Source: Coriobacteriia bacterium (GTDB taxonomy: Bacteria > Actinomycetota > Coriobacteriia > Anaerosomatales > PALSA-660). Taken from it: DNA of 64,000 bases. The notes under the pieces are model-generated. The model saw only the letters and a program-made list of their open reading frames with translations. It had not been told where the DNA came from and searched no databases. Location: contig JAUSBS010000100.1 in assembly GCA_030651905.1 (NCBI GenBank), positions 19,892 through 83,891 of the forward strand, written 5' to 3'. Shown piece after piece: positions 36,781 to 46,552 of this stretch. The stretch's first letter is position 1. Each line of letters starts with the position of its first letter. The position numbers and the translations under genes were made by a program.

Positions 36781-36838
36781 CCGAAGTCCGTTCATCCACG
36801 GCGCCCGGATCGGCGCCGCCCGAGAAGGGCCCGCACAG

Positions 36839-37141
36839 ATGTGCCTCGCAATCCCCGCCAAGGTCGTCTTGATCGGCGAGAACCGCATCGCCCAGGTCGA
36901 CATACACGGCGTCACGCGCACCGTGAGCCTCGATCTCGTACCCGACGCTGAGATGGACTCGTGGGTACTCGTGCACGCCGGCTTCGCCATCCAAGTCGTC
37001 GACGAGGAGTTCGCCGCGGAGTCGTGGGCGCTCATCCAGGAGATGGGCGAGGCGCTCGACGCGGAGGACGCGGCACTGCTCGAGGCGTCCGCGCAGGCCG
37101 CACAGGCCGCCGCGACCACGACGTCCGACGTCCCGGCGTAG
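36839..37141 (+). CDS. hypC: hydrogenase maturation chaperone HypC
   Basis: Start set at MCLAIPAKV, since the essential Cys2 requires this Met. GAAGGG lies upstream. The 23-aa ORF extension was rejected. Confidence 0.9.
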   Translation: MCLAIPAKVVLIGENRIAQVDIHGVTRTVSLDLVPDAEMDSWVLVHAGFAIQVVDEEFAAESWALIQEMGEALDAEDAALLEASAQAAQAAATTTSDVPA

Positions 37142-37151
37142 GGACTCTGCC

Positions 37152-38252
37152 GTGACCCCCGATCCCTCCACGCCCTTCCGGGACCCGGAGCTCGCGCTCA
37201 GACTCGCGGCCGCGATCAAGGCATCCGCGACGCGCCCCATGAAGATCATGGAGGTGTGCGGCACCCACACGGTCTCGATCGCCCGCAACGGGCTGCGCGA
37301 TCTCATGCCGGAGAACGTCACGCTGCTCTCCGGCCCCGGCTGTCCGGTCTGCGTCACCGCGAACCGCGATATCGACATGGCCATCGAGCTGGGCCGTCAG
37401 CCCGGTATCACGCTCACGACCTTCGGCGACATGATGAAGGTCCCCGGCTCGCGCAGCTCGCTCTCCCGCGAGAAGGCCGACGGACGCGACATACGCGTCG
37501 TCTACTCGCCGCTCGACGCGGTCGCGCTGGCGGACGACAACCCCGGGATGCAGGTGGTCTTCCTCGGTGTCGGTTTCGAGACGACCGCGCCGACCGTCGC
37601 GGCAGCTATCAAGACCGCGTCGCGCATGGGACTCCAGAACTTCTCGGTGCTCTCAGTACACAAGACGGTGCCGCTCGCGCTCGAAGCGATCGTCAACGAT
37701 CCCCAGGTGGCCATCGACGCCTTCATCCTGCCTGGTCACGTCTCCACCATCATCGGTCCCGAGCCGTACCGGTTCCTCGCCGAACGCTACGGCGTACCGG
37801 GCGCGGTCACCGGCTTCGAGCCGGTCGACGTGCTCCAGGGGATCCTCGCTCTGGTGCGGCAGGTCGCCGCCGGCGAGGCGAGCATCGACATCGCATACCG
37901 CCGGGGCGTCTCGAGCGACGGCAACCCCACCGCGCGAGGGCTCATGGCGGAGGTGTTCCAGCCGAGCGACTCGGAGTGGCGCGGGATCGGGGTCATCCCC
38001 GGCACGGGTCTGGGGATCCGACCCGAGTTCGCGAAGTGGGACGCGGCCGTGCGATTCCCCGTCACGCCCGAGGAGCCGAGAGAGATCCCCGGCTGCCAGT
38101 GCGGCGAGGTGCTGCGCGGGATCACGCTGCCCTACGAGTGCCGGCTCTTCGCGAAGGGCTGTACCCCCGAGCACCCCATCGGCCCGTGCATGGTCTCTTC
38201 CGAGGGATCCTGCGCGGCCTACTACCGCTACACCGACTACGGCAGGGCTTAA
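37152..38252 (+). CDS. hypD: hydrogenase maturation protein HypD
   Basis: FRDPELA..., MEVCGTHT, GPGCPVCV, and the C-terminal Cys-rich motif. Confidence 0.95.
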   Translation: MTPDPSTPFRDPELALRLAAAIKASATRPMKIMEVCGTHTVSIARNGLRDLMPENVTLLSGPGCPVCVTANRDIDMAIELGRQPGITLTTFGDMMKVPGSRSSLSREKADGRDIRVVYSPLDAVALADDNPGMQVVFLGVGFETTAPTVAAAIKTASRMGLQNFSVLSVHKTVPLALEAIVNDPQVAIDAFILPGHVSTIIGPEPYRFLAERYGVPGAVTGFEPVDVLQGILALVRQVAAGEASIDIAYRRGVSSDGNPTARGLMAEVFQPSDSEWRGIGVIPGTGLGIRPEFAKWDAAVRFPVTPEEPREIPGCQCGEVLRGITLPYECRLFAKGCTPEHPIGPCMVSSEGSCAAYYRYTDYGRA

Positions 38253-38289
38253 AGGCCCCACCTTCACGCACACCCCAACGGGAGGCACG

Positions 38290-39300
38290 ATGCGAGCGGA
38301 CCGGATACTGCTGGCCCACGGCAGCGGCGGCACCATGATGCGCGAGCTGATCGAGGAGGTCTTCATCGCGCGGTTCGGCGATGACGCCCTGCTGCGCATG
38401 GATGACGCCGCGTCGCTGACGCTCCCGCCGGGGCGCATCGCGATGTCGACCGACACGTACGTCGTGACGCCGCTGTTCTTCCCCGGCGGCGACATCGGGC
38501 ATCTCGCGGTGGCCGGCACCGTCAACGACGTGGCCACGGCCGGCGCGACGCCGCTGTTCCTCTCGGTCGGCTTCATCCTGGAGGAGGGCCTGCTCGTCGC
38601 GGACCTTCGTCGGATACTCGACTCGATGGCCGACGTGGCCGCGGAGGCGGGTGTCCGCATCGTCACGGGCGACACGAAGGTCGTCGAACGCGGACACGGC
38701 GACGGCGTCTACATCAACACCGCCGGTGTGGGCGTCTTGCGGGACGGCGTCGATCTGTCCGGCTCCTACTGTCGCCCCGGCGACGTCGTCCTGCTCTCCG
38801 GCACGCTCGGTGACCACGGCGTCGCCGTCATGTCGACGCGCGAAGGCCTCTCGTTCGGCACCGATATCGTCTCGGACGCCGCGCCCTTGAACCGCCTGGT
38901 TGGCGCCGTGCTCGACGCCGCGCCGGGTGTTCGCTGCTTCCGCGACCCGACCCGGGGCGGACTGGCCAGCTGCCTCAACGAACTCGCAACGGCCTCCGGC
39001 GTGTCGATCACCGTCGAGGAGGACGCTGTGCCGGTGCACGAGCAGGTGCGCGGCGCATGCGAGCTGCTCGGCTACGACGTCTACCAGGTCGCCAACGAAG
39101 GCAAGATGGTCGCCGTCGTGCCCGCGGATCAGGCGGACGCCGCGCTGGCCGCCATGCGCGCGTCGCGCTACGGCGAGAACGCCGCAGTGATCGGCGCGGT
39201 CGCGGAGGGTCCCGCCGGGCGCGTGTACGTACGCACCTCGTTCGGAGCCCGACGCATCATGGACATGCTCGTCGGCGAACAGCTGCCCCGGATCTGCTAG
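38290..39300 (+). CDS. hypE: hydrogenase maturation protein HypE
   Basis: MRADRILLAHGSGG..., PurM-like fold, and C-terminal ...GEQLPRIC. GGGAGG RBS. Confidence 0.95.
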   Translation: MRADRILLAHGSGGTMMRELIEEVFIARFGDDALLRMDDAASLTLPPGRIAMSTDTYVVTPLFFPGGDIGHLAVAGTVNDVATAGATPLFLSVGFILEEGLLVADLRRILDSMADVAAEAGVRIVTGDTKVVERGHGDGVYINTAGVGVLRDGVDLSGSYCRPGDVVLLSGTLGDHGVAVMSTREGLSFGTDIVSDAAPLNRLVGAVLDAAPGVRCFRDPTRGGLASCLNELATASGVSITVEEDAVPVHEQVRGACELLGYDVYQVANEGKMVAVVPADQADAALAAMRASRYGENAAVIGAVAEGPAGRVYVRTSFGARRIMDMLVGEQLPRIC

Positions 39301-39304
39301 GCCG

Positions 39305-40276
39305 ATGACGCAACCGGAGCACACACGCTCGGACTCCCTCGGCGGCCTGCTGCGCATCGCGGCGGCCGCCGTCGTCTGGGGCACCATCCCCCTCGTGCTG
39401 CGGGCGGCGGATGGCTCCTCGGCGGTGAAGGTCTTCTACCGGGTCGCGTTCGCCGGTATCGCGATGCTGGTGTGGATGATCGCCCGCGGGCGTCTCGGCG
39501 AACTCACGTCGCTGTCGAGGCGCAAACTGCTCTCCGTGGCCGGCCAGGGCGTCCTGCTGACGGTGAACTGGCTGCTCTTCCTCACCGCGCTCGATATGAC
39601 GAAGGTCGCGGTGGCCGAACTGCTCGGCTATACCGGCCCGGTGTTCGTCGCGGCGCTGGCTCCGTTCGTCAGCAAAGAGGCGTTCGACAAGCGCATCATC
39701 CTGCCGCTGGCACTCGCGCTCGGCGGGATCATCGTGATCCTGGCGCCACAGGGCATCACGTTGGGCTCCCGGGACGAGACGATCGGCGCGGTACTCGCCT
39801 TCTGCTCCGCACTCACCTACGCTGCCCTTCTGCTTCGCTCGAAGCGGATCATCAAGGACATCTCGTCGCCGGCGCTCATGGTGGTGGAGTACAGCGTCGC
39901 CTCGGTGTTGCTCCTTCCCGCGCTGCTGTTCCTGCCCGGCCCGAGCACACCGATCGCCTTCGGGGCCCTCCTCACGCTCGGCCTCGTGCAGACGGCCGCC
40001 TCCGGCCTCGTCTTCCTCTCCGGCCTGCGGCGTGTCCGCACCGACCACGCGGCGATCATCATGTACGTCGAGCCGGTGAGTGCCGTTCTCTTCGCAGCGG
40101 CGTTCCTGAGCGAGGGGCTCACCTGGCCGACCCTTCTGGGCGGCGCGATGGTGATCGGCGGTGGCGCGCTCGTGGCGCGACTCGACGCCGGCTACGGCCC
40201 CGAGGCGCCCCCGACGACGAACGCGGATGACGAGCCCGCGCCAGCCGACGCACAGAGCCCGCTCTCGCTGGGGTAG
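39305..40276 (+). CDS. EamA/DMT family transporter
   Basis: 10 TM segments and two EamA-like halves. Confidence 0.85.
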   Translation: MTQPEHTRSDSLGGLLRIAAAAVVWGTIPLVLRAADGSSAVKVFYRVAFAGIAMLVWMIARGRLGELTSLSRRKLLSVAGQGVLLTVNWLLFLTALDMTKVAVAELLGYTGPVFVAALAPFVSKEAFDKRIILPLALALGGIIVILAPQGITLGSRDETIGAVLAFCSALTYAALLLRSKRIIKDISSPALMVVEYSVASVLLLPALLFLPGPSTPIAFGALLTLGLVQTAASGLVFLSGLRRVRTDHAAIIMYVEPVSAVLFAAAFLSEGLTWPTLLGGAMVIGGGALVARLDAGYGPEAPPTTNADDEPAPADAQSPLSLG

Positions 40277-40303
40277 CATAGAAGGCGAAGGGGGCCATCC
40301 ACT

Positions 40304-41947
40304 GTGAGCGCACTCGACCGCCTGATCGAAGCCGACGCCGTTCGCCGCCTCTGGGCGCGCGACGGCTCGCTCTTCTCGCGCGACCCGGCCGTCGCCGCTT
40401 CCATCAAGGGACTGCTCGGCTGGGTGGGGCTCGCCTCATCCGCCGACGATGCAGCGCTCGTGCTGGCTGAGGCGGCTCAGGCCGCGCGACGCTCCGGCAT
40501 CACGGACATCGTCTTGCTCGGCATGGGCGGCAGTTCGCTCGCCCCGCTGGTCTTGAGCGAGGTGCTCGGCGGCGGCGAGGGCGCGCCGCGCCTGCACGTG
40601 CTCGATACCACCTCGCCATACACCGTCCTTCGCACGATAGAGACGCTGTGGCCATCGACGACGCTCGTGGTCGTCTCGTCCAAATCGGGCGGCACCATCG
40701 AGCCGAACTCGCTCTACGCGATCTTCCGTCAGTGGGCCGAGGAGATCCTCGGTGACGAGGCGGGCTCGCACTTCATCGCGATCACTGACCCCGGCAGCTC
40801 GCTCGAGGCACGCGCACGCGCCGACGGATTCGCAGCGGTCTTCCCGGGCCTTCCCGATGTGGGCGGACGGTTCTCCGCGCTCTCGGCGTTCGGCATCGTC
40901 CCTGCCTCGCTTGCGGGCATCGATGTGGCACGCCTGACCGCAAGCGCACTGGAGATGGAAGCGTCGTGCAGGGTGGAGACAGGCGAGAACCCCGCCGCAC
41001 AGCTTGCCGCGTGGATCGCGGACTGCCTGGAATCGGGACGGGACAAGCTCACGTTCCTCGCTTCCGAGCCGCTCGCGCCTTTCGGACTGTGGGTCGAGCA
41101 GCTCGTGGCCGAGTCGACCGGTAAGGACGAGACCGGCGTCGTACCCGTGCTCGAGCGCGCCCCCGGGGACGCGCGCGCATGGGGCGGCGACCGGATGCTG
41201 TTCGTCATGCGCACGCCGTTCGACGACGAGCTGGCATCCGTGGCGGCCCGTGCGCCGCACGGCACTCCCGTCCTCGAGATCATCATCGAGGACCCCTACG
41301 CGATCGGCGGCGAGTTCGTCCGCTGGGAGTTCGCCACGGCTCTGACCGGTCACCTCATGGGCGTGAACCCGTTCGACCAGCCGAACGTCGCCGAAGCGAA
41401 GGCGGCGACGGCAGCGATCCTCGAGGGCACGCTCGCCGCGCCCGCGCCGACCATGCGGCTCGGGGACATCGCGATAACCACGAGCCTCCCGTCGTCCGGG
41501 ACCGGGGGCGCCGGAACCCTCGCAGCCGCCTTCGATGCGCTGCTCTCGGGCGCCGATACGGGCTCCTATCTCGCCGTGCTCGCCTACCTGCCCGAGGACC
41601 GCGAGATCGTCGGGCCGCTGGCCGACGCGGTGGCCGCGCTGGCAGCCGAGCGCCACATGGCATGCACGCTGGAGATCGGCCCGCGATACCTCCACTCGAC
41701 CGGCCAGTTGCACAAGGCGGGGCCGCCGACGGGACGCTTCATCGTGGTGACCACGCGCGACGACGCGGTGGTGAGTGTGCCGGGCATGCCCTACACGCTC
41801 GGCGGGCTCATCCGCGCGCAGGCCGAGGGGGACTTCGTGACTCTGGCGAAGCGGGGGCTGCCGGTCGTGCGAGTCGATCTGCCGCAACCCGCGCACGGAC
41901 CGGTCCGACTGCTCGCCGAGACGCTCCGGGGCGCCGGGATCGGCTAG
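40304..41947 (+). CDS. pgi: glucose-6-phosphate isomerase (SIS-domain PGI of the transaldolase-associated type)
   Basis: LLGMGGSSLAP, VVSSKSGGTIEPN, and GGRFSALSAFGIVP motifs. Confidence 0.8.
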   Translation: MSALDRLIEADAVRRLWARDGSLFSRDPAVAASIKGLLGWVGLASSADDAALVLAEAAQAARRSGITDIVLLGMGGSSLAPLVLSEVLGGGEGAPRLHVLDTTSPYTVLRTIETLWPSTTLVVVSSKSGGTIEPNSLYAIFRQWAEEILGDEAGSHFIAITDPGSSLEARARADGFAAVFPGLPDVGGRFSALSAFGIVPASLAGIDVARLTASALEMEASCRVETGENPAAQLAAWIADCLESGRDKLTFLASEPLAPFGLWVEQLVAESTGKDETGVVPVLERAPGDARAWGGDRMLFVMRTPFDDELASVAARAPHGTPVLEIIIEDPYAIGGEFVRWEFATALTGHLMGVNPFDQPNVAEAKAATAAILEGTLAAPAPTMRLGDIAITTSLPSSGTGGAGTLAAAFDALLSGADTGSYLAVLAYLPEDREIVGPLADAVAALAAERHMACTLEIGPRYLHSTGQLHKAGPPTGRFIVVTTRDDAVVSVPGMPYTLGGLIRAQAEGDFVTLAKRGLPVVRVDLPQPAHGPVRLLAETLRGAGIG

Positions 41948-42951
41948 TAGACCCGCGCCTCCAGCCACGCCCGGTACTCCTCCAGCAGCGCGTCGATCTC
42001 CGCGGAGCTGCCTGCCTTGTTCACGCGGTCGCGCACGAAGGTGGCGCCGGGCATCCCGGTGACGTACCAGCCCACGTGCTTGCGCATCCGGGTGAAGGCG
42101 CGCTCCCCTCCGAAAGCGACGAGCGCGGCCGTGTGCTCGCGTGCCACCGCGATGCGCTCGAAAGCACTCGGCGGCGCCAGGATCTCGCCACGGTCGATGA
42201 GCGCGCGGGCCTCGCGGAAGATCCACGGATCACCCTGCGCTCCCCGCGCGACCATGACGGCGTCCACACCGGTCCGGCGAAGCATCGCCTCGGCGTCCGG
42301 CGCAGAAGACACGTCTCCGCTGCCGATGACCGGCACCGATACCGCGGCCTTGACCGCCGCGATCAGGTCCCAGTCCGCGCTCCCCCGGTAGAACTGCTTG
42401 CGCGTCCTCCCGTGGACCGCCATCGCCGAGACGCCCGCGGCCTCGAGCACGCGGCCGAACTCCACAGCGTTGCGCGACGAGTCGTCCCATCCGGCGCGGA
42501 ACTTCGCCGTGACCTGTACCGGGGAGACAGCTGCCACGACGCACTCGATGATGCGTGCGGCCAGCTCGGGCGTCTGCATGAGGCCGCTGCCCTCGCCGCG
42601 GCGTACCACCTTGCTGACCGGACAGCCCATGTTGATGTCGATGCACGCGACGTCCGCGCCGTGGCGCTCGATGATCCATGCTGCCTGAGCGGCCATCAGC
42701 TCGGGGTCGGCACCGTAGAGCTGGACCGCACACGGCGTCTCTTCGGGTGAGAACGTGAGCAGCGAGCGCGAGATGCGCGAGTCCGGGTTGTAGTGCAGCG
42801 CCTTGGCCCCGACCATCTCGGTGTAGGTGAGCCCGGCTCCCATGCGCTTGCAGATGCCGCGGAACGGCGCCTCCGTCACGCCGGCCATGGGCCCGAGGAT
42901 CACGTTACCGGCAGCGAGGACGGCGCGGATGTCGGTGCGGGGAGATGTCAT
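41944..42951 (-). CDS. dus: tRNA-dihydrouridine synthase
   Basis: LGPMAGVTEAPFR, DINMGCPV, and the TIM-barrel FMN pattern. ATG at 42951. Confidence 0.9.
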   Translation of the reverse strand: MTSPRTDIRAVLAAGNVILGPMAGVTEAPFRGICKRMGAGLTYTEMVGAKALHYNPDSRISRSLLTFSPEETPCAVQLYGADPELMAAQAAWIIERHGADVACIDINMGCPVSKVVRRGEGSGLMQTPELAARIIECVVAAVSPVQVTAKFRAGWDDSSRNAVEFGRVLEAAGVSAMAVHGRTRKQFYRGSADWDLIAAVKAAVSVPVIGSGDVSSAPDAEAMLRRTGVDAVMVARGAQGDPWIFREARALIDRGEILAPPSAFERIAVAREHTAALVAFGGERAFTRMRKHVGWYVTGMPGATFVRDRVNKAGSSAEIDALLEEYRAWLEARVY

Positions 42952-43000
42952 GGGGTGATGGTACGGCACCTGGCGGGTCGACGGGACGACGGTACGCCTA

Positions 43001-43408
43001 CTATCTCCGTGCCGTTGCCGTCTCGATGCGCTCCAGAGACTTCTCGATCGTGTCGAGATGAGCCTGGATGTCCTCGATCTCGCACTCGGCCTTCTCGTTC
43101 GTGTCGAAGTCGGCCTGAGCCTGATAGCGATCGCGCTCCGCCTGGCGGTTCTGGCTCATCATCAGGATCGGTGCCGCATACGCGGCCTGGACCGAGAACA
43201 TCAGGTTCAACAGGATGAAGGGATATGGGTCCCACCGACGGATCACTGCGGTGACGTTCAGAACGATCCAGAGCGAGACGAGCACGGTCTGGCCGATGAT
43301 GAACGGCCACGAGCCCAGTATCCGCGCCGTCCCGTCTGCAAGTCGCTGACCGAACGTGCGGTCACCGTGGTGTTCGTCGTGCCATGTCCGTGCGGCTCGA
43401 GGCGACAT
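43001..43408 (-). CDS. DUF1003 membrane protein
   Basis: FGQRLAD...GSWPFII...WDPYPFILLNL.FS.QAAY.AP.ILMSQNRQ is the DUF1003 signature as I recall it. Confidence 0.8.
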   Translation of the reverse strand: MSPRAARTWHDEHHGDRTFGQRLADGTARILGSWPFIIGQTVLVSLWIVLNVTAVIRRWDPYPFILLNLMFSVQAAYAAPILMMSQNRQAERDRYQAQADFDTNEKAECEIEDIQAHLDTIEKSLERIETATARR

Positions 43409-43515
43409 CTGTGCATCTCCCTCGTCGAGAGGTCGGTCGGCTTGTCACGCGGTGATCAGGACTGTACCCGCCCTCGGCTGTGCCTCCACCACGGTCGAAA
43501 CACGTGCCCGCACGC

Positions 43516-44025
43516 TCAGCCGACGTCCGCCTGACGAAGAGAGACGCGCTTCGTACCGTCCGCGACCCACTGCGTGCCCACCTCACTGAAACCGAATGCA
43601 TCGTGGAAGCGCCGCGACGCCTCGTTGGGCGGTTCGACGTCGAGTTCGCACACGACCTGCGGGACCGACTGTGACTCGGCGAACGCGAACAGGTCGTCGT
43701 AGAGCATCGTGGCCAGACCGCCGCCCTGTTCGGTCCGATCGACGATGACGCGATCGATGTAGAGGAACGTGCCTCCGCGCTCTGAGAACCAGATGTAGTT
43801 GGGACTGTCGTAGTCGACGCCCTCTCGTAGCGCGAGCAGGAAGGCGACGACGCGATCGTCCGACTCGATGACCTTGTGATAGGCGGCCTGCGCGTGCAGC
43901 CGGGCCAGTGCGGACCGGTCCAGCGCACTCGTGAAGTGCACATGGTCGGAGTTGAGGCGAAGGATGTCGCCGAAGTCGGCCGGCTCGGCCTGCCTGACGA
44001 CCCTATCCCGCCCACCTGTGGTCAC
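43516..44025 (-). CDS. GNAT family N-acetyltransferase
   Basis: The ...FLYIDRVIVDRTEQGGGLATMLY... acetyl-CoA binding pattern. The GTG start forms a GTGA overlap with the upstream lipoprotein stop. Confidence 0.8.
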   Translation of the reverse strand: MTTGGRDRVVRQAEPADFGDILRLNSDHVHFTSALDRSALARLHAQAAYHKVIESDDRVVAFLLALREGVDYDSPNYIWFSERGGTFLYIDRVIVDRTEQGGGLATMLYDDLFAFAESQSVPQVVCELDVEPPNEASRRFHDAFGFSEVGTQWVADGTKRVSLRQADVG

Positions 44026-44579
44026 TCGGTCGGGAGGCCATAGGCCCAGCCCATTCCCGTTCCGCCGCTGCCTGAGTTCTGCGCCCAGGTGCTTGGATCC
44101 GAATCGATCAGCGTGTAGGTGCCGGCCGGGATGTCCTGGTTCGGCTGGGCTATCCAGTAGACCGCGTTTCGCAGCGTCGTCTTCCACGGGCCGTACACCG
44201 TTCCATCGGCCGCCTTGAGCGTGATCTCGCCGGCGGGTGCGCCCGTGCCCTTGTTCCAGTGGTACGTGCAGATCTCGGTCACGAAGTAGGTCTTGTCCTG
44301 CGTCACCTTCGGCGGCTTGCCTCCGCCGCCCTCGATGGCGCCGTCGTTGCCGGCCTTCCACATCAGGACGGGCTCGCCTGCAGGACGGGTGGCCTCACCT
44401 TGGTACTCCATGACAGTGCTGCCCTGTTGCCAAGCCGCGTCTTCTGTCTCGGCATTCCGCTCGGTCTGCGTGCGCGTGCCGAACCACTCACGGCGCGCCT
44501 CGTCGATGACCGTGCAGCCAAGCGTCATAGCGGTCAGGAGCACCAACGCGACAACCAGGTTCCGGTCTCGATGCACCAT
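44022..44579 (-). CDS. lipoprotein, unknown function
   Basis: MVHRDRNLVVALVLLTAMTLGC contains a lipobox. High GC3. Confidence 0.65.
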   Translation of the reverse strand: MVHRDRNLVVALVLLTAMTLGCTVIDEARREWFGTRTQTERNAETEDAAWQQGSTVMEYQGEATRPAGEPVLMWKAGNDGAIEGGGGKPPKVTQDKTYFVTEICTYHWNKGTGAPAGEITLKAADGTVYGPWKTTLRNAVYWIAQPNQDIPAGTYTLIDSDPSTWAQNSGSGGTGMGWAYGLPTE

Positions 44580-44687
44580 CGGACAGCACCGCCCCTTCGA
44601 CTCCGCATGTTCCCCTGCCACACGGTAGACTCATGCGCAGGGGGGGGCAACCCGGCTCCCCGGTCCCGCCGCGACAGGAGAGGCGTG

Positions 44688-45476
44688 ATGAGATACGCGC
44701 GCTGGTTCGGAAGGACCGCTGCCCTGACCCTGTCGGCGACGCTGCTCCTGGCGACCGCCTGCACGAGTTCGGTCAACGACACGTGGCATCTGCGGGCGAA
44801 GAAGGGCACCGCTGCCGTGGGCGAACGGGTGACGCTGCTGCCGGCCGAGAAGCAGATCAACAGCGGGTGCGCCGGGATCAACAGTGAGAGTCGGATCGTG
44901 ATGCCGCAGGACCTGGACTGGACCGTCACCCCGTCGACCGGGCGCGTGGTCGCCGACTACTTCGTTGCCGACGCGCCGGGAACCTACAAGCTCGCACCCG
45001 TGGTCACGGCCGATTCGGGAGTGCCCGGGATGACGCCCGGAAGGCCGTTGGGGCCGACGATGACGATCAAGGTCGTGCCCGGCGAGACCCCCTCGACCGA
45101 GACGACAGGCGCCGAGATCCAGGCCTCGATGGACACGCCCGAACCGTCAGCGGACGCGCCGCTCGCAGGCACGTGGTCCTACGTCGGGATGAAGGTGACG
45201 GGGACCGGGTCGGGTGCCACGTGGGCCCGGGCTCCGAAGCCCGGCACGCTGGTGATCGAGAAGAGGACCGACGGCTACTACCTGCAGATCAGTGAGGGCA
45301 CCTCCAAGGCGACTCTGGACGGGACCAGCGTGGTCCTCGAACGCGACTTCCCCAACCTCGGGGTGTCGGTCCGCTACACCGGGGTGCTCAACGGCGACAC
45401 GATCACCGGGACGCAGCATACGGTCGCCAACGGCGCCACGCATGACGACCCGTGGACGGCCACGCGCGTGAGGTAG
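44688..45476 (+). CDS. lipoprotein, unknown function
   Basis: MRYARWFGRTAALTLSATLLLATAC contains a lipobox. ACAGGAGAGG RBS. Confidence 0.65.
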   Translation: MRYARWFGRTAALTLSATLLLATACTSSVNDTWHLRAKKGTAAVGERVTLLPAEKQINSGCAGINSESRIVMPQDLDWTVTPSTGRVVADYFVADAPGTYKLAPVVTADSGVPGMTPGRPLGPTMTIKVVPGETPSTETTGAEIQASMDTPEPSADAPLAGTWSYVGMKVTGTGSGATWARAPKPGTLVIEKRTDGYYLQISEGTSKATLDGTSVVLERDFPNLGVSVRYTGVLNGDTITGTQHTVANGATHDDPWTATRVR

Positions 45477-45618
45477 GACGGCGCGCAGCCCGGCAGATCC
45501 GATCGCTCGCAACGCAGCAAGTCCTACGCACTTAGGAGCGCGATCACGGCGGGGGAGCGCGAGGCGGCTACGGGCGCCACCAGGCTGCTCTCCCGCCGTT
45601 GGACCGTGCGATCCGGGA

Positions 45619-46416
45619 TCAGGTGGTGGCCAGATCCCACACGTTGTCGCCACGAAGGGCAGCGTCAGAACCACCGTCGATGTAGATGGTCTGGCCAGTG
45701 ACATGCGTGTTCTCCACACTTGCCAGCCAGATGAGCAGGTACGCGACGTTCTCCGGTTCGAGGTAGTAGTTCAGCGGCATCGGGACCATCTCGTCGATGG
45801 CTGCGCGAGCCTCGGCGGTCCCGATCATGTCGGCGACCATCGGCGTGCGCACGATACCCGGGCCGATCGCATTCAGCGGGATGCCGGCGCCCGCCCACTG
45901 CGGCTTGATGCTCTGGCGGCGGACCCATCGGGAGATCGCTCGCTTCGTTGAGCCGTAGATGAGCTGCTCAAGGCCGCCGCCGGTGTCGACGAGCTCCTGC
46001 GCCCGAGCAACAGCCTTCGCCTCGTCGTCGGCTACCATCGCGGCAACGAGCGCCGCGTCGTTGGGCATGAGCGACGCCATCGAGCTGATGAGCACCGCAC
46101 GCGGCGCCTCGGCCTTTGCGAGGGTGGGCGCGAGCGCCCCGAGGAATTCGGTCATGCCGAAGTAGTTGACCGAGACGGTCTTGGCGATGGGGTGCGCCAA
46201 CCCGGCACACGCGATGACAGCATCGATGCTGCCGCCCGAGAGCTCGATCGCCTTCTTCGCCGCGTCGAGGCGCCCCTGCTTGGTGCTGAGATCTGCCACG
46301 ACGTCGGCGTCATGGATGTCGACGCCGATGACCTTGTTCCCCCGCTCCTTGAGTATCCGTGCGGTTGCCGCGGCGATACCTGAAGCGGTTCCTGTGACCA
46401 CGTACGTTCGTGACAT
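45619..46416 (-). CDS. SDR family oxidoreductase
   Basis: VTGTASGIAAATA is the Rossmann TGxxxGIG motif; YGSTK is the catalytic YxxxK. GGAGG RBS. Confidence 0.85.
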   Translation of the reverse strand: MSRTYVVTGTASGIAAATARILKERGNKVIGVDIHDADVVADLSTKQGRLDAAKKAIELSGGSIDAVIACAGLAHPIAKTVSVNYFGMTEFLGALAPTLAKAEAPRAVLISSMASLMPNDAALVAAMVADDEAKAVARAQELVDTGGGLEQLIYGSTKRAISRWVRRQSIKPQWAGAGIPLNAIGPGIVRTPMVADMIGTAEARAAIDEMVPMPLNYYLEPENVAYLLIWLASVENTHVTGQTIYIDGGSDAALRGDNVWDLATT

Positions 46417-46457
46417 ATCGGCCTCCGATCGTGTCCGCGCATGAATGCGCCTGCATG

Positions 46458-46477
46458 TTTGTAACAATCGTTACAAA
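46458..46477. promoter_or_regulatory. AT-rich perfect palindrome TTTGTAAC-AATC-GTTACAAA upstream of the SDR gene
   Basis: 8-bp perfect arms lie 42 nt upstream of ATG 46416. It is conspicuously AT-rich in a GC-rich context. Confidence 0.35.
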
Positions 46478-46552
46478 CCACGTTGGCGGCTGCAAGAAAC
46501 GAGCCAAGCAGCGGCCCGGACATGTCGCGGTGGAAGCCGTTGGGCGGAGCGC

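Noticed and set aside
40436-42226. 596-aa minus-strand ORF
   Set aside because: It is antisense to pgi. The translation is an Arg-rich shadow frame.
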